DNA of 64,000 nucleotides from Escherichia coli (GTDB lineage Bacteria; Pseudomonadota; Gammaproteobacteria; Enterobacterales; Enterobacteriaceae): NCBI RefSeq assembly GCF_030013205.1, contig NZ_CP122648.1; one strand, 5' to 3'. Shown piece by piece: positions 1 to 10,511 of this stretch (position 1 is its first letter; each line of letters starts with the position of its first letter). The notes under the pieces were generated by a model. It saw only the letters and a program-made list of their open reading frames with translations, ran no database searches and was not told where the DNA came from. The position numbers and the translations under genes were made by a program.

Positions 1-32
1 GTACACTAAATCAGTAAGTTGGCACCATTACC
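1..32 (-). mobile_element. Terminus of an IS1-family element whose body lies upstream of the window
   Basis: Bases 1-32 match the IS1 left inverted repeat seen at 8417-8446 (tacactaaatcagtaagttggca...) with about 3 mismatches; same orientation as the internal IS1. Confidence 0.6.
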
Positions 33-188
33 GGCAATGTATTATTTAAACTGTAATAATTTAATTTTAGGATGTGTAGCAGCAGCCCGATACAGAGTTG
101 CAAGGACACACTTTTGCCAGAGGGCGTTACAGGAAAGCTTAATGTTTGATTCTGTATACATAATAAATCACCTTATAGTTACAATAGG

Positions 189-464
189 TCAAAAACCGCT
201 GTAGCCAAAGTTACGCTGGCCTGATGCTTTAGTGTCGAACTTCGTCAAATAATCCAGACGTACCAATAAGCGCTGGTACTGCTCTGGGAAATCAGGATCG
301 TTAATATCCAGGATGTAACGCCCATTAGTAGGGAAATGAACTAATCCCTGGTGATCTTCCAGTTCCAACCCTAAGGCACTGTACCAGGCTCCGGTAATTA
401 ACCCTCTCAGGGTGTCAGAGCGCTCATAGTCTCCCAGGTGGTAATAGGCGTCTTTGTTAAACAA
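189..464 (-). CDS. Hypothetical protein, possibly a frameshifted gene remnant
   Basis: 91-codon ORF with a TTG start in the track; open frame continues upstream in another frame (ORF 407..592); no recognisable family. Confidence 0.2.
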   Translation of the reverse strand: MFNKDAYYHLGDYERSDTLRGLITGAWYSALGLELEDHQGLVHFPTNGRYILDINDPDFPEQYQRLLVRLDYLTKFDTKASGQRNFGYSGF

Positions 465-1280
465 CAGGCAGACGTGATAATGACATTTAAAGGACTGTGT
501 ATATTCTTTCGCCCAGATAATACAAACCGACGTTGCGTAGGTGCGTTTGCCTTATTGTTTTTTACGGTGTTGATCTGCATTAATTTTCGCATTCAGCGAG
601 TTACGGAAACGAGATATCTCTCCGGGGATCAGGTTAGGGAAACAGGTAATGGTATCCCCGTTGTCAATCACAGGAGGGTAATGGAGATCCACCCGTATTG
701 CTGTTATTCTGGAAGTATTTTTAATATTCGTATTGATAGTTCTCAGAGATATATCACACTCTAGATATTTTAATTAAGTATCAGTTCGATATCGGCATAT
801 TGTACACTACCTCAGGTAGATGATGAGATCAGATACAGGGATCAACTGACGGTGAACGCAGTTCCCACATTTTATCCAGGGCTTACTGCATATTCCCAAC
901 AGCCATTCGTTAGCCAGGTAGACGAATACCCTTTCCGCTGGTTTTGCTTTCCCATCGAAGGGCCCATACATCATCACGCCCGCGAAACAACCGACGAAAT
1001 AATGCAACCTTCTCGTCGGTGGATAATACGAAAACGCACTGCACAGGGCTCTGCGGTTTACGTCACCATTCAATCCCATGAGCTTCAAGTTATGTTTGCC
1101 CTTAGTGCAGCTAATTCATCATTGTCAGATTTATGAACTATATGCGTTACCTGTACCTGCCCCACGGGGTACCACCACAGAAGATGAAGTGTCATAGTCC
1201 CCTGCGCTGAGGACAAAACTACGCATTAACGACAAATCCACGCGATAACTTACGATGGTTCGGGCATAAGCCCCCGTAAT

Positions 1281-1844
1281 TCAGTTATGTCGTGGTCGGC
1301 CGCGGTTACTTTTTTCGGGAAGCCTGCTACGGCCCAGAATAATACCGTGTTCTTTCTGATCTTGTTTAGCCAGGTAGCTGAGGGCGTAACGTAAGTCGTC
1401 TACCGCGGACTTATCACTATAGTGAATCACGTGATCGATACGCACCGGGTATTTATCTTTAGCCCGGCACAGATGAAAATAACCCTCCCCTTCCGTGATC
1501 CGCCTCCAGATATCTCCCAGTTGCCTGGATATCTGATAAGAGTTCTTGTGACGTTGTCCATCCAGATAGCCGATAAAATGAATATGAAGCCCTTTGTCTG
1601 GTGTATATTCCATTACCCAGTAATATCCCGCCAACATCGTCTGGGTTTCGCTAAGTAAACGGTATATTTCCATACACATACTGTGCTTACAGGAATGCCC
1701 GAAACTGGGCGTGTCTTTCCTGTAGGCAAAATCAATTCTGAAAGGTAACAGTTTAGAAAAACGTTGAAACAATCCCTCCATGTGTTCATTCACATCTTTC
1801 AGAATCGCGAAATTCATTTCGTAATTGGGATTGGCATTATACAT
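1281..1844 (-). CDS. YagK/YfjJ-like (inovirus Gp2-like) prophage protein with an H-I-H motif
   Basis: 187-aa ORF with ATG start; contains GLHIHFIGY, reminiscent of HUH-type motifs; sits in an integrase/AlpA island as yfjJ and yagK do in CP4-57 and CP4-6. Family call is from memory. Confidence 0.4.
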   Translation of the reverse strand: MYNANPNYEMNFAILKDVNEHMEGLFQRFSKLLPFRIDFAYRKDTPSFGHSCKHSMCMEIYRLLSETQTMLAGYYWVMEYTPDKGLHIHFIGYLDGQRHKNSYQISRQLGDIWRRITEGEGYFHLCRAKDKYPVRIDHVIHYSDKSAVDDLRYALSYLAKQDQKEHGIILGRSRLPEKSNRGRPRHN

Positions 1845-2975
1845 TTTATAGTCCTTAATTTATAAAACTCACAGGAAGAGGAAATTATGTAAATACTGAG
1901 AGAACATAAACGCCGTACCACGGCATTAATAAACGAAGTAAACCAGCAGCACAGACACCCTGATAAAACTGTTTTGTATTACCGCATCGCTGTAACGAGG
2001 TAATACTTCAGAATACAGTGAGGCTCTCTTAAACAGAGGACCAGTAAGAATTACAATGGTAAAAACACACCTCATAGAATTGAGTTTAAGGAAGCACCAT
2101 TCACTCAACCTGACATTCACAAAAGTCAGTACCAGGTGGCCTCAGGTAACATCGCTATTAATATTATCCTGCCATTAAGTAAAAACAGAAACTCTGTGAG
2201 GAAGCCTCACCAATATTTGACCAGTAGCATAAAGAATAACGATATGAGAGATACGCCCACACCAGAGATGATTACCCCATACAAAAAAATAATATTTATT
2301 AATACCACCGAACCTCAATAGAGTAATAACACACTAATAGCGTCTTGGTACACACTTAACACTAACTATGCACCAGACACACACTCAGGATTAACATTCC
2401 CAACATTTATGATACTCTCAAAGAGTATAATTCACCACACAGGTAAACTCTCACACCAGTAGTATGGAGATAATGCTGTACACATACTTACAGAGTAAAG
2501 TGTACAGTTAGCATACAGTGGCGAGCAGACATTACAACATAAAGACATAAGATAGCATAATAAGAACATAACAAAACTCCCACTAATAATACTAATTAAC
2601 CTTAATTCTTTTTTGAACAGGAAATCAACATTGCTCCAGACCTCTTCAGGTCATACACTTTTGTATTGGATGTTCAATGTGTACTTCTGCACAAACAAAA
2701 AAATAAAACCCGCAAAATAAAATATCAGCCCCAAAAATACAGCGTGAAACACCACGTTATGGATATGTTTTCATATCACCAGAAGCATATTTCACACATA
2801 CAATACAGAAACAATTCATCATATAATCAGGGTTACTGTTCACTCCTCTCGGTTATCCGCGAGACGATAAAACATGACACTAATCACAAAAACGAGAGAT
2901 AGTATTTGCGAAATATAAACAACATAAAAATCAATGCGTTGCGATTTTTTATTTTTTCAGACATGCATGCCCCCT

Positions 2976-3011
2976 CTGCTATTGTTGCTAGCCGGCTAGC
3001 AACAATAGCAG
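2976..3011. repeat. Perfect 36-bp palindrome (18-bp arms)
   Basis: ctgctattgttgctagcc / ggctagcaacaatagcag; lies about 40 bp beyond the stop of the large minus-strand island ORF; preceded by a T-run on the plus strand. Confidence 0.85.
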
Positions 3012-3744
3012 GGATATACAAACATCGGATGCCAAAAACACGTTCCGATAATATCATCGAGGATCTGACTGGTTGTTTTTAGTATCATCACCACAAATGA
3101 TGGTTAATGCGTTGTAGATCAGTCTGCGTCTGTTCTTGTTTTCAGCATTATTTCCATACAACATCATGACGTTTTTAATATCATCAACCGGTGATATTAC
3201 ATAATCAACCAATACGCCAAGCTTCTCAATACATTGCAGTAAAGTATATTTGTGTCTGCCCGTAAATAATCCTATCAGGTTTTCTTTACTTTCACGACTG
3301 GATAATATTTTGTTCTCTGTAATTAATTCAGCCAACGTTTCACCATCGTAAACACGTTCTTTATCTATCAGAATATTTATCTTATCTAACGCCCTCTCTA
3401 CATTATCAAGAAGACCTGTAATATACGGAGGCTGAATATCTGACTTTGTACTAATATTTGCAAGCATCGAATTATACATTTTAATGATACGCATCAGAGT
3501 AAAATTATTCGCATCATATTGTATTTCATCTTCATTATACGCAGGATCCGTCACGACCCTTAAGTCCATAAATGCATCCTGATAAGCTTTTACATAATCA
3601 AGTAATTCGAACAGTGAACCATGCTTTATTTTCTCCCTGTTTAATTTGATCTCTAGACTGGCCCCCTGAATCTCCAGACAACCAGTATCACTTAAATAAG
3701 TGATAGTCTTAATACTAGTTTTTAGACTAGTCATTGGAGAACAG

Positions 3745-4110
3745 ATGATTGATGTCTTAGGGCCGGAGAAACGCAGACGGCGTACCACACAGGAAAAGAT
3801 CGCAATTGTTCAGCAGAGCTTTGAACCGGGGATGACGGTCTCCCTCGTTGCCCGGCAACATGGTGTAGCAGCCAGCCAGTTATTTCTCTGGCGTAAGCAA
3901 TACCAGGAAGGAAGTCTTACTGCTGTCGCCGCCGGAGAACAGGTTGTTCCTGCCTCTGAACTTGCTGCCGCCATGAAGCAGATTAAAGAACTCCAGCGCC
4001 TGCTCGGCAAGAAAACGATGGAAAATGAACTCCTCAAAGAAGCCGTTGAATATGGACGGGCAAAAAAGTGGATAGCGCACGCGCCCTTATTGCCCGGGGA
4101 TGGGGAGTAA
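3745..4110 (+). CDS. insC: IS2 transposase OrfA (InsC)
   Basis: Protein [41 protein letters not shown]... matches recalled IS2 InsC; 121 aa. Confidence 0.9.
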
Positions 4111-4973
4111 GCTTAGTCAGCCGTTGTCTCCGGGTGTCGCGTGCGCAGTTGCACGTCATTCTCAGACGAACCGATGACTGGATGGATGGCCGCCGCAGTC
4201 GTCACACTGATGATACGGATGTGCTTCTCCGTATACACCATGTTATCGGAGAGCTGCCCACGTATGGTTATCGTCGGGTATGGGCGCTGCTTCGCAGACA
4301 GGCAGAACTTGATGGTATGTCTGCGATCAATGCCAAACGTGTTTACCGGATCATGCGCCAGAATGCGCTGTTGCTTGAGCGAAAACCTGCTGTACCGCCA
4401 TCGAAACGGGCACATACAGGCAGAGTGGCCGTGAAAGAAAGCAATCAGCGATGGTGCTCTGACGGGTTCGAGTTCTGCTGTGATAACGGAGAGAGACTGC
4501 GTGTCACGTTCGCGCTGGACTGCTGTGATCGTGAGGCACTGCACTGGGCGGTGACTACCGGCGGCTTCAACAGTGAAACAGTACAGGACGTCATGCTGGG
4601 AGCGGTGGAACGCCGCTTCGGCAACGATCTTCCGTCGTCTCCAGTGGAGTGGCTGACGGATAATGGTTCATGCTACCGGGCTAATGAAACACGCCAGTTC
4701 GCCCGGATGTTGGGACTTGAACCGAAGAACACGGCGGTGCGGAGTCCGGAGAGTAACGGAATAGCAGAGAGCTTCGTGAAAACGATAAAGCGTGACTACA
4801 TCAGTATCATGCCCAAACCAGACGGGTTAACGGCAGCAAAGAACCTTGCAGAGGCGTTCGAGCATTATAACGAATGGCATCCGCATAGTGCGCTGGGTTA
4901 TCGCTCGCCACGGGAATATCTGCGGCAGCGGGCTTGTAATGGGTTAAGTGATAACAGATGTCTGGAAATATAG
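4068..4973 (+). CDS. insD: IS2 transposase OrfB (InsD)
   Basis: Protein ...[35 protein letters not shown]... matches recalled IS2 InsD; overlaps insC as expected for a frameshift-fused transposase. Confidence 0.9.
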
Positions 4974-6301
4974 GGGCAAATCCAATCTCCAGCGCTATCC
5001 TGAGAACTGAAAAAGCGCCGGGAAGATACCCAGAAGGTAACTCGTATTTTGGGGATTCATCATAAAACCGAAGAGCTTTGTGGAGTTTGTTCCGCCGAAT
5101 CAGATAAATAAGGACGGCCAGTAACATGTAGCACCTGGTCACATAACCACGGGCATTCTGCAACTGTTCAAAATAATTAATAATGTTTTCCAGATATACA
5201 TCATCATAACTTTTCTTATCAGAAAGATTAAACACCATATCTTTTAAAGATTCGATATATTCTTGTGATTTATCATCAAGTGACACAATATAACGAGTTA
5301 ATGCTCCTTTGGGGCCACTCTCAAACTCATGAAACCGTTCAAGTAATGCTCTTGCATAAGGCGTTGTGTCAAAAATATTAAAATCATAAAGATAGCGTGC
5401 AGCGTAGCCATACAACCCATGTACCCAAAGCCCTTCTCTTATCAGCACTCTGAGATAATATGCAATACTGTCAAGTATCTTTACCTTCCGTTGCATATCA
5501 AGCAAAATACTTAATGAATAAAATGCATAATAGAACTTGTCAATGTTGTTGAGTATTCTGTCCAGCTCACTCTTATCAAGCTTCTTCTCTCTGTAATCCT
5601 TCTTGTATTCATTCTTACAGGCCTTTATATATTGTTTCATAAGGCTCTTCCTTTTACCGTACCCTTTTCGAATAGTCCCCTGGTATTTTCCCAGCTCATA
5701 CATTTTTCCGTTTTCCCGAAAATCTTCTCTGTTAAATCCCAGTTCAGCAAGATACTCCCGGAGATAACGTTTAACGGCAGCCTCATCGCTTTCTGTACCA
5801 GAGTAATCCAGGCAGGGACAATATGATTTTTGCAAAAAATTATAGATATGATAATAAAACCCTGTTTCATTCTCCGGACGATATGTGTTATATATATCCA
5901 GAACAATAAAAACAACTCCAAAGCTTTTCAGAAAATAGTTACGGATATATTCGGACTTTAATGTTGAATACACAGGGTAAGAATTCATCATGTAATAAAA
6001 ATATTCATACCGGGAAAATATAATTCGCCGTTGTTCCAGACTATACACCCCTTCAGCATCAATAATGTGACTGAGCTCATTATAACGTTGATCCCAGAAT
6101 CTTTGATGCGCTCCAAAATCAGTACTCTTCCGCTTATCTCTCGGACTCTCTCCTTCCTTAAACAACTCAAAAACTGTACAAATATCATACAAAAGATTTG
6201 TAAACATGCGCATCTGCTCTGATCTCCGGTTGGTTTCCGTTTTATCACAGGGGACATTCTGGCCTTAACGTAGCAAATTAATGACATAGCCTTCAACTCA
6301 C

Positions 6302-6562
6302 ATGGAGAACAATATGTCAACCCAGACCGGACATTTTTATACCCCCTCACGCATCCTGCGTATGGCTGAACTTACCCGACTCCTTGGTATATCAAGATCG
6401 ACCATCTACGAAAAAATGAATCCGGCATCAAAATACTACGATGCCACCTTTCCCCGGCCTGTCCGGCTTGGGAGTTCGGCTGTAGGCTGGCGGGCATCTG
6501 CCATTGATGAGTGGTTAACTTTACATACAACACCAACCAGATCCGTAACTAAGGATAAATAA
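6302..6562 (+). CDS. AlpA-family prophage transcriptional regulator
   Basis: 86-aa ORF; ...LRMAELTRLLGISRSTIYEKMNP...DEWL resembles AlpA helix-turn-helix regulators; divergent from the large island ORF and upstream of the DUF3987-like gene. Confidence 0.5.
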   Translation: MENNMSTQTGHFYTPSRILRMAELTRLLGISRSTIYEKMNPASKYYDATFPRPVRLGSSAVGWRASAIDEWLTLHTTPTRSVTKDK

Positions 6563-7693
6563 GGAAAACTGTACGCCATGACAAAATTATCCCCCCCTGA
6601 ACTTGACATAACTAAACTGCCTGACAGGTGCCAGGCATTACTTGATGAAATGCATGAAGAAACGGGAATAAGCCGTGAAATACTGCTGTCTGTTATGCTG
6701 ACGGTCAAGGCTGCCTCGGTCCAGGATACGCATGAAGTTGAACTTTCTGGAGGGCAGCGTACCAGTCTTCAGATATATATGTGTCTTTCATCAGCATCAG
6801 GCAGTGGAAAAACCTCTGCCTGCGCAAAATTAATCGCCCCTGTTCATGAAACAGAAGAAGAACTACATCAGGCATATATCGACGATAAAAAAAACTATGA
6901 TCGCATGATGGAAATGTGGACAACAGATAAAAAAATCCTGGAGCGGAGATATAAAAAGGAAATGGAAAGATCCCCGGAAAATGCTGCTGCTGCACGAGCA
7001 GCGCTTGAAAAGTGTATAGCAAATAAACCCGTACCTCCCGTACAACAGGTTCTCATCGTGAATGACGCGACACCAGAAGGGATAGCTTTGAAACTCAGCC
7101 AGTCACCTTCTCTTCTGTTGCTGTCTGATGAAGGAGGAACTATTCTGGATAAGCGTTTCGAACGCAAATCGGCGCTGTACAACACATTATGGAGTGGGCA
7201 ACCAGTCACCGTAGAACGGGCATCCAGACCCGGGTTCCGGGTAAAGGATTCCCGTCTCACTATGCTTATACTGACTCAACCGGTAATATTTGATAAGTTT
7301 TTTACTCTCACTGGCGACCAGATCCGGGGCAATGGCTTTCTGGCCCGGGTGCTATTTTGCGAACCCGGAGCAAATAAAATAATGACGACAGAACCGCATA
7401 CTGCCACTCCTGTTGTAACGCAGCAATGTGCAACCTGTTTTCATGAGAAAAGTTTTGGCAGTCAGATCAGAGACTCTCTGAGAGCGTCCCGGGAAAGGCG
7501 TGCAAAAGGTGAGCAACGCATCCGCATGACATTATCACACGCAGCATCCCACGATCTGGAAATCTTTCACGAAGAAAATATGAGTGCCGTCAGGCAGAAC
7601 CCACGTATGACCACTTTCGAAGACATTATCGTCAGGAAAAGAGAACAGGCTGTTCGAATAGCCGCACTTCTGGAGCTGGGTAATGACTCCAAC

Positions 7694-8197
7694 TTACTGA
7701 TAGTGTTTTATGTTCAGATAATGCCCGATGACCTTGTCATGCAGCTCCACCGATTTTGAGAACGACAGTGACTTCCGTCCCAGCCTTGCCAGATGTTGTC
7801 TCAGATTCAGGTTATGCCGCTCAATGCGCTGAGTATAACGCTTGCTGATAACGTGCAGCTTTCCCTTCAGGCGTGATTCATACAGCGGCCAGCCATCCGT
7901 CATCCATACCACGACCTCAAAGGCCGACAGCAGGCTCAGAAGACGCTCCAGTGTGGCCAGAGTGCGTTCACCGAAGACGTGCGCCACAACCGTCCTCCGC
8001 ATCCTGTCATACGCGTAAAACAGCCAGCGCTGACGTGATTTAGCACCGACGTAGCCCCACTGTTCGTCCATTTCAGCGCAGACAATCACATCACTGCCCG
8101 GTTGTATGCGCGAGGTTACCGACTGCGGCCTGAGTTTTTTAAGTGGCGGAAAATCGTGTTGAGGCCAACGCCAATAATGCGTGCACTGGCGCGACAT
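7694..8197 (-). CDS. insB: IS1 transposase InsB
   Basis: 167-aa ORF matching recalled IS1 InsB (...[26 protein letters not shown]...). Confidence 0.9.
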   Translation of the reverse strand: MSRQCTHYWRWPQHDFPPLKKLRPQSVTSRIQPGSDVIVCAEMDEQWGYVGAKSRQRWLFYAYDRMRRTVVAHVFGERTLATLERLLSLLSAFEVVVWMTDGWPLYESRLKGKLHVISKRYTQRIERHNLNLRQHLARLGRKSLSFSKSVELHDKVIGHYLNIKHYQ

Positions 8198-8391
8198 CCG
8201 ACGCCATTCATGGCCATATCAATGATTTTCTGGTGCGTACCGGGCTGAGAGGCGGCGTAAGTGAACTGTAGTTGCCATGTTTTACGGCAGTGAGAGCAGA
8301 GATAGCGCTGATGTCCGGCGGTGCTTTTGCCGTTACGCACCACCCCGTCAGTAGCTGAACAGGAGGGACAGCTGATAGAAACAGAAGCCAC
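8116..8391 (-). CDS. insA: IS1 protein InsA
   Basis: 91-aa [46 protein letters not shown]... matches recalled IS1 InsA. Confidence 0.9.
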   Translation of the reverse strand: MASVSISCPSCSATDGVVRNGKSTAGHQRYLCSHCRKTWQLQFTYAASQPGTHQKIIDMAMNGVGCRASARIIGVGLNTIFRHLKNSGRSR

Positions 8392-8963
8392 TGGAGCACC
8401 TCAAAAACACCATCATACACTAAATCAGTAAGTTGGCAGCATCACCCTGGAGCTGGAGAACAATCCACATGGTACAGTAATAACACGAGAAAGTATCAAT
8501 AGTGCTATTTATCTCGTTGATTTTTATTTTCAGCATCTTATATCCAAACTGGAATCACTTCGGGAAATATCTCCTGCAGAAAAACTGGATAAATGGCTCA
8601 GAGAAAATATCATCCGGGTAAAAGGATACGAATATCAAAAAAGCCATATACTACAATATGGTCCATATGCTCTCAGGAATAAATGTGTTCTTGATGAAGC
8701 ACTTGATATACTTGCAGAACAGAAAAAAATCGTAATTGATTATTCAATCGGCCAAAAAATCATTTATATCGGTGACGCGATTACACCTTGTGAATTAGCA
8801 AATGAGGCAAACATCCCGATAATGGAACGTGGAATGTTTATAGTCTGTTGGGACCATAAGCTGAATAAGTACAGAAATGAAGAACAGACTAAAATATGGA
8901 ACATAACTACAAAAAATTAAAATTCCCGTCTTTTATCATTCAGTTACCAACCTGATTATCTGA

Positions 8964-9000
8964 AACAATGCCAGACATCGGTTACAGACTGGCATTGTTT
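8964..9000 (+). terminator. Hairpin terminator between the DUF3987-like gene and the integrase gene
   Basis: Inverted repeat aaacaatgccag...ctggcattgttt followed by ttatcatt, about 45 bp after the restored stop at 8920. Confidence 0.5.
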
Positions 9001-9143
9001 TTATCATTCAATTTATAAACTACAATATTACGTATTATTTTTATATTTATGTCATTGCAAATATCAGACAAACAAGCATTATAACTCAATAAGTATATTT
9101 TTCGTGATTACAGACGGCATCTGCAAATCTGTGAGATGTGATT

Positions 9144-10352
9144 TCATCGCTGGTTTTCCATAATCTGAGACATCACATAATCCGCCCATGCCTGCATCAT
9201 CGGTATACGCTGATCCAGCAGATCAGTCCGGTGATATGCCGCCTCAACCTTATTTTTCAGCGTGTGGGCAAGCGCCCTTTCCGCCAAATCCCGCGAATAT
9301 CCCTGTTCGCTACACCAGTCCCTGAATGTTGAACGAAAACCATGTGCTGTAGCCACTCGTCCGGGTATATCACTGATGGCCTTCTTTTTACGCAGAAAAC
9401 TCGTCAACACCATATCTGAAAGGATCTGCTGCTTTCTGGGAGAAGGAAACACCAGTTCGTCATGCAGACCACGTATATTTTCCAGAACGTGAATGGCCTG
9501 TCGGGATAAAGGAACACGATGCTGTATCCTGGCTTTCATTCTTTCTGCGGGTATCGTCCATATCCGCTTATGAAAATCAATTTCAGCCCAGCGCATTCCC
9601 CTTGCCTCGCCCGAGCGGGTTGCTGTCAGTATCACCATTAATAACAGTGCCCGGGTAACATTATAAGGTTCATCTGTATACACACTGGTCGCCACAAAAA
9701 GCGGTAACTGCCTCCAGGGCATTGCCGGCTGGTGTTCATCACGTCCTCTTGATTGCTGTGGAAGCAAATGATCAACCACATCAACAGGATTCGCCACACA
9801 AAAACCATGCGCCCAGCCCCACTGCATAACAACATGAATGCGCTGTTTAACCCGGCTTGCCGTTTCTGACAAGGTTAACCAGACTGGACGCAGTGTTTCT
9901 GCCACGTCCGCAGCCGTAATCGAATCCAGCGTTTTTGCTCCCAGTTGAGGAAACGCGTAATTCTCAAGCGTCGATAACCACTGCCTTACATGCTTTGGAT
10001 TTTCCCATCCAGGAGACAATTCTGCATGTACACGCCGGGCTGCATCGGCAAATGTTGGGATAACAACTTTTTCAGCTTCAGCCTTTTTAATCTCCAGAGG
10101 ATCATCACCTGCAGCAAGTTGCTCTCGCATTATCCGGGCAGTACGTGCAGCTTCAGCAATACTGACCTCAGGGTAAGTTCCCAATCCAGCATTACGCCTT
10201 TTTTGTGTCACCGGACTTACATAACGAAAAACCCATTTACCCCTCCCCTTTACTGAAGAAGGATGAAGAGTCAGTCCTGTAATTCCCCCATGGGGCAATG
10301 GTTTGTCATCAGGTTTGATATGCCTTGCTTTAGTATCCGTCAATACTGCCAT
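9144..10352 (-). CDS. P4-family tyrosine integrase
   Basis: 402-aa ORF; N-terminus MAVLTDTKARHIKP... and C-terminal ...HGFRSTFRDW...AHTLKN...AYHRTDLLDQRIPMMQAWADY typical of P4-type integrases; start may be a few codons inside the ORF. Confidence 0.85.
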   Translation of the reverse strand: MAVLTDTKARHIKPDDKPLPHGGITGLTLHPSSVKGRGKWVFRYVSPVTQKRRNAGLGTYPEVSIAEAARTARIMREQLAAGDDPLEIKKAEAEKVVIPTFADAARRVHAELSPGWENPKHVRQWLSTLENYAFPQLGAKTLDSITAADVAETLRPVWLTLSETASRVKQRIHVVMQWGWAHGFCVANPVDVVDHLLPQQSRGRDEHQPAMPWRQLPLFVATSVYTDEPYNVTRALLLMVILTATRSGEARGMRWAEIDFHKRIWTIPAERMKARIQHRVPLSRQAIHVLENIRGLHDELVFPSPRKQQILSDMVLTSFLRKKKAISDIPGRVATAHGFRSTFRDWCSEQGYSRDLAERALAHTLKNKVEAAYHRTDLLDQRIPMMQAWADYVMSQIMENQR

Positions 10353-10511
10353 ACGCTAATTCCTGTTACTCTGGTATGCCATTCAGTATGCCATTAGTCT
10401 CTCACTTCACTAAGAATACATTAGATAACATCGGACAGCAAAAATTGTAATGCATTGTTTATAATGAGGTTATATAACACTCCCGGATTAAGTCAGATTT
10501 ATTTCAGGCGG

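Larger units (their letters stand above)
3654..4984 (+). mobile_element. IS2 insertion sequence, 1331 bp
   Basis: Ends TAGACTGGCCCCCTGAATCTCCAGACAACC... and ...GGAAATATAGGGGCAAATCCA; encodes InsC/InsD; flanked by 5-bp direct repeats ATCTC at 3649-3653 and 4985-4989. Confidence 0.9.
3054..6213 (-). pseudogene. Large hypothetical island protein (about 607 aa once IS2 and one duplication copy are removed), interrupted by IS2
   Basis: Track ORFs 4807..6213 and 3054..3788 on the minus strand run into IS2 from both sides; removing 3654..4984 plus one ATCTC copy joins them in frame (...AFSVLRIALE|IKLNREKIKHG...). AT-rich; no recognised motifs. Confidence 0.6.
7679..8446 (-). mobile_element. IS1 insertion sequence, 768 bp
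   Basis: Ends GGTAATGACTCCAACTTA... and ...TAAGTTGGCAGCATCACC; insA and insB present; 9-bp direct repeats CTGGAGCTG at 7670-7678 and 8447-8455. Confidence 0.95.
6578..8920 (+). pseudogene. DUF3987/YfjI-like P-loop protein (about 521 aa when restored), interrupted by IS1
   Basis: ORF 6578..7759 carries a P-loop (SASGSGKTSA) and reads into IS1 at 7679; after IS1 the same frame continues from 8456 for 155 codons to a TAA at 8918-8920. Confidence 0.6.

Noticed and set aside
2666-2902. 78-aa ORF in the skewed non-coding island segment
   Set aside because: Highly basic, low-complexity translation of A/C-rich sequence with no ribosome-binding site; treated as spurious, though the region itself is flagged.
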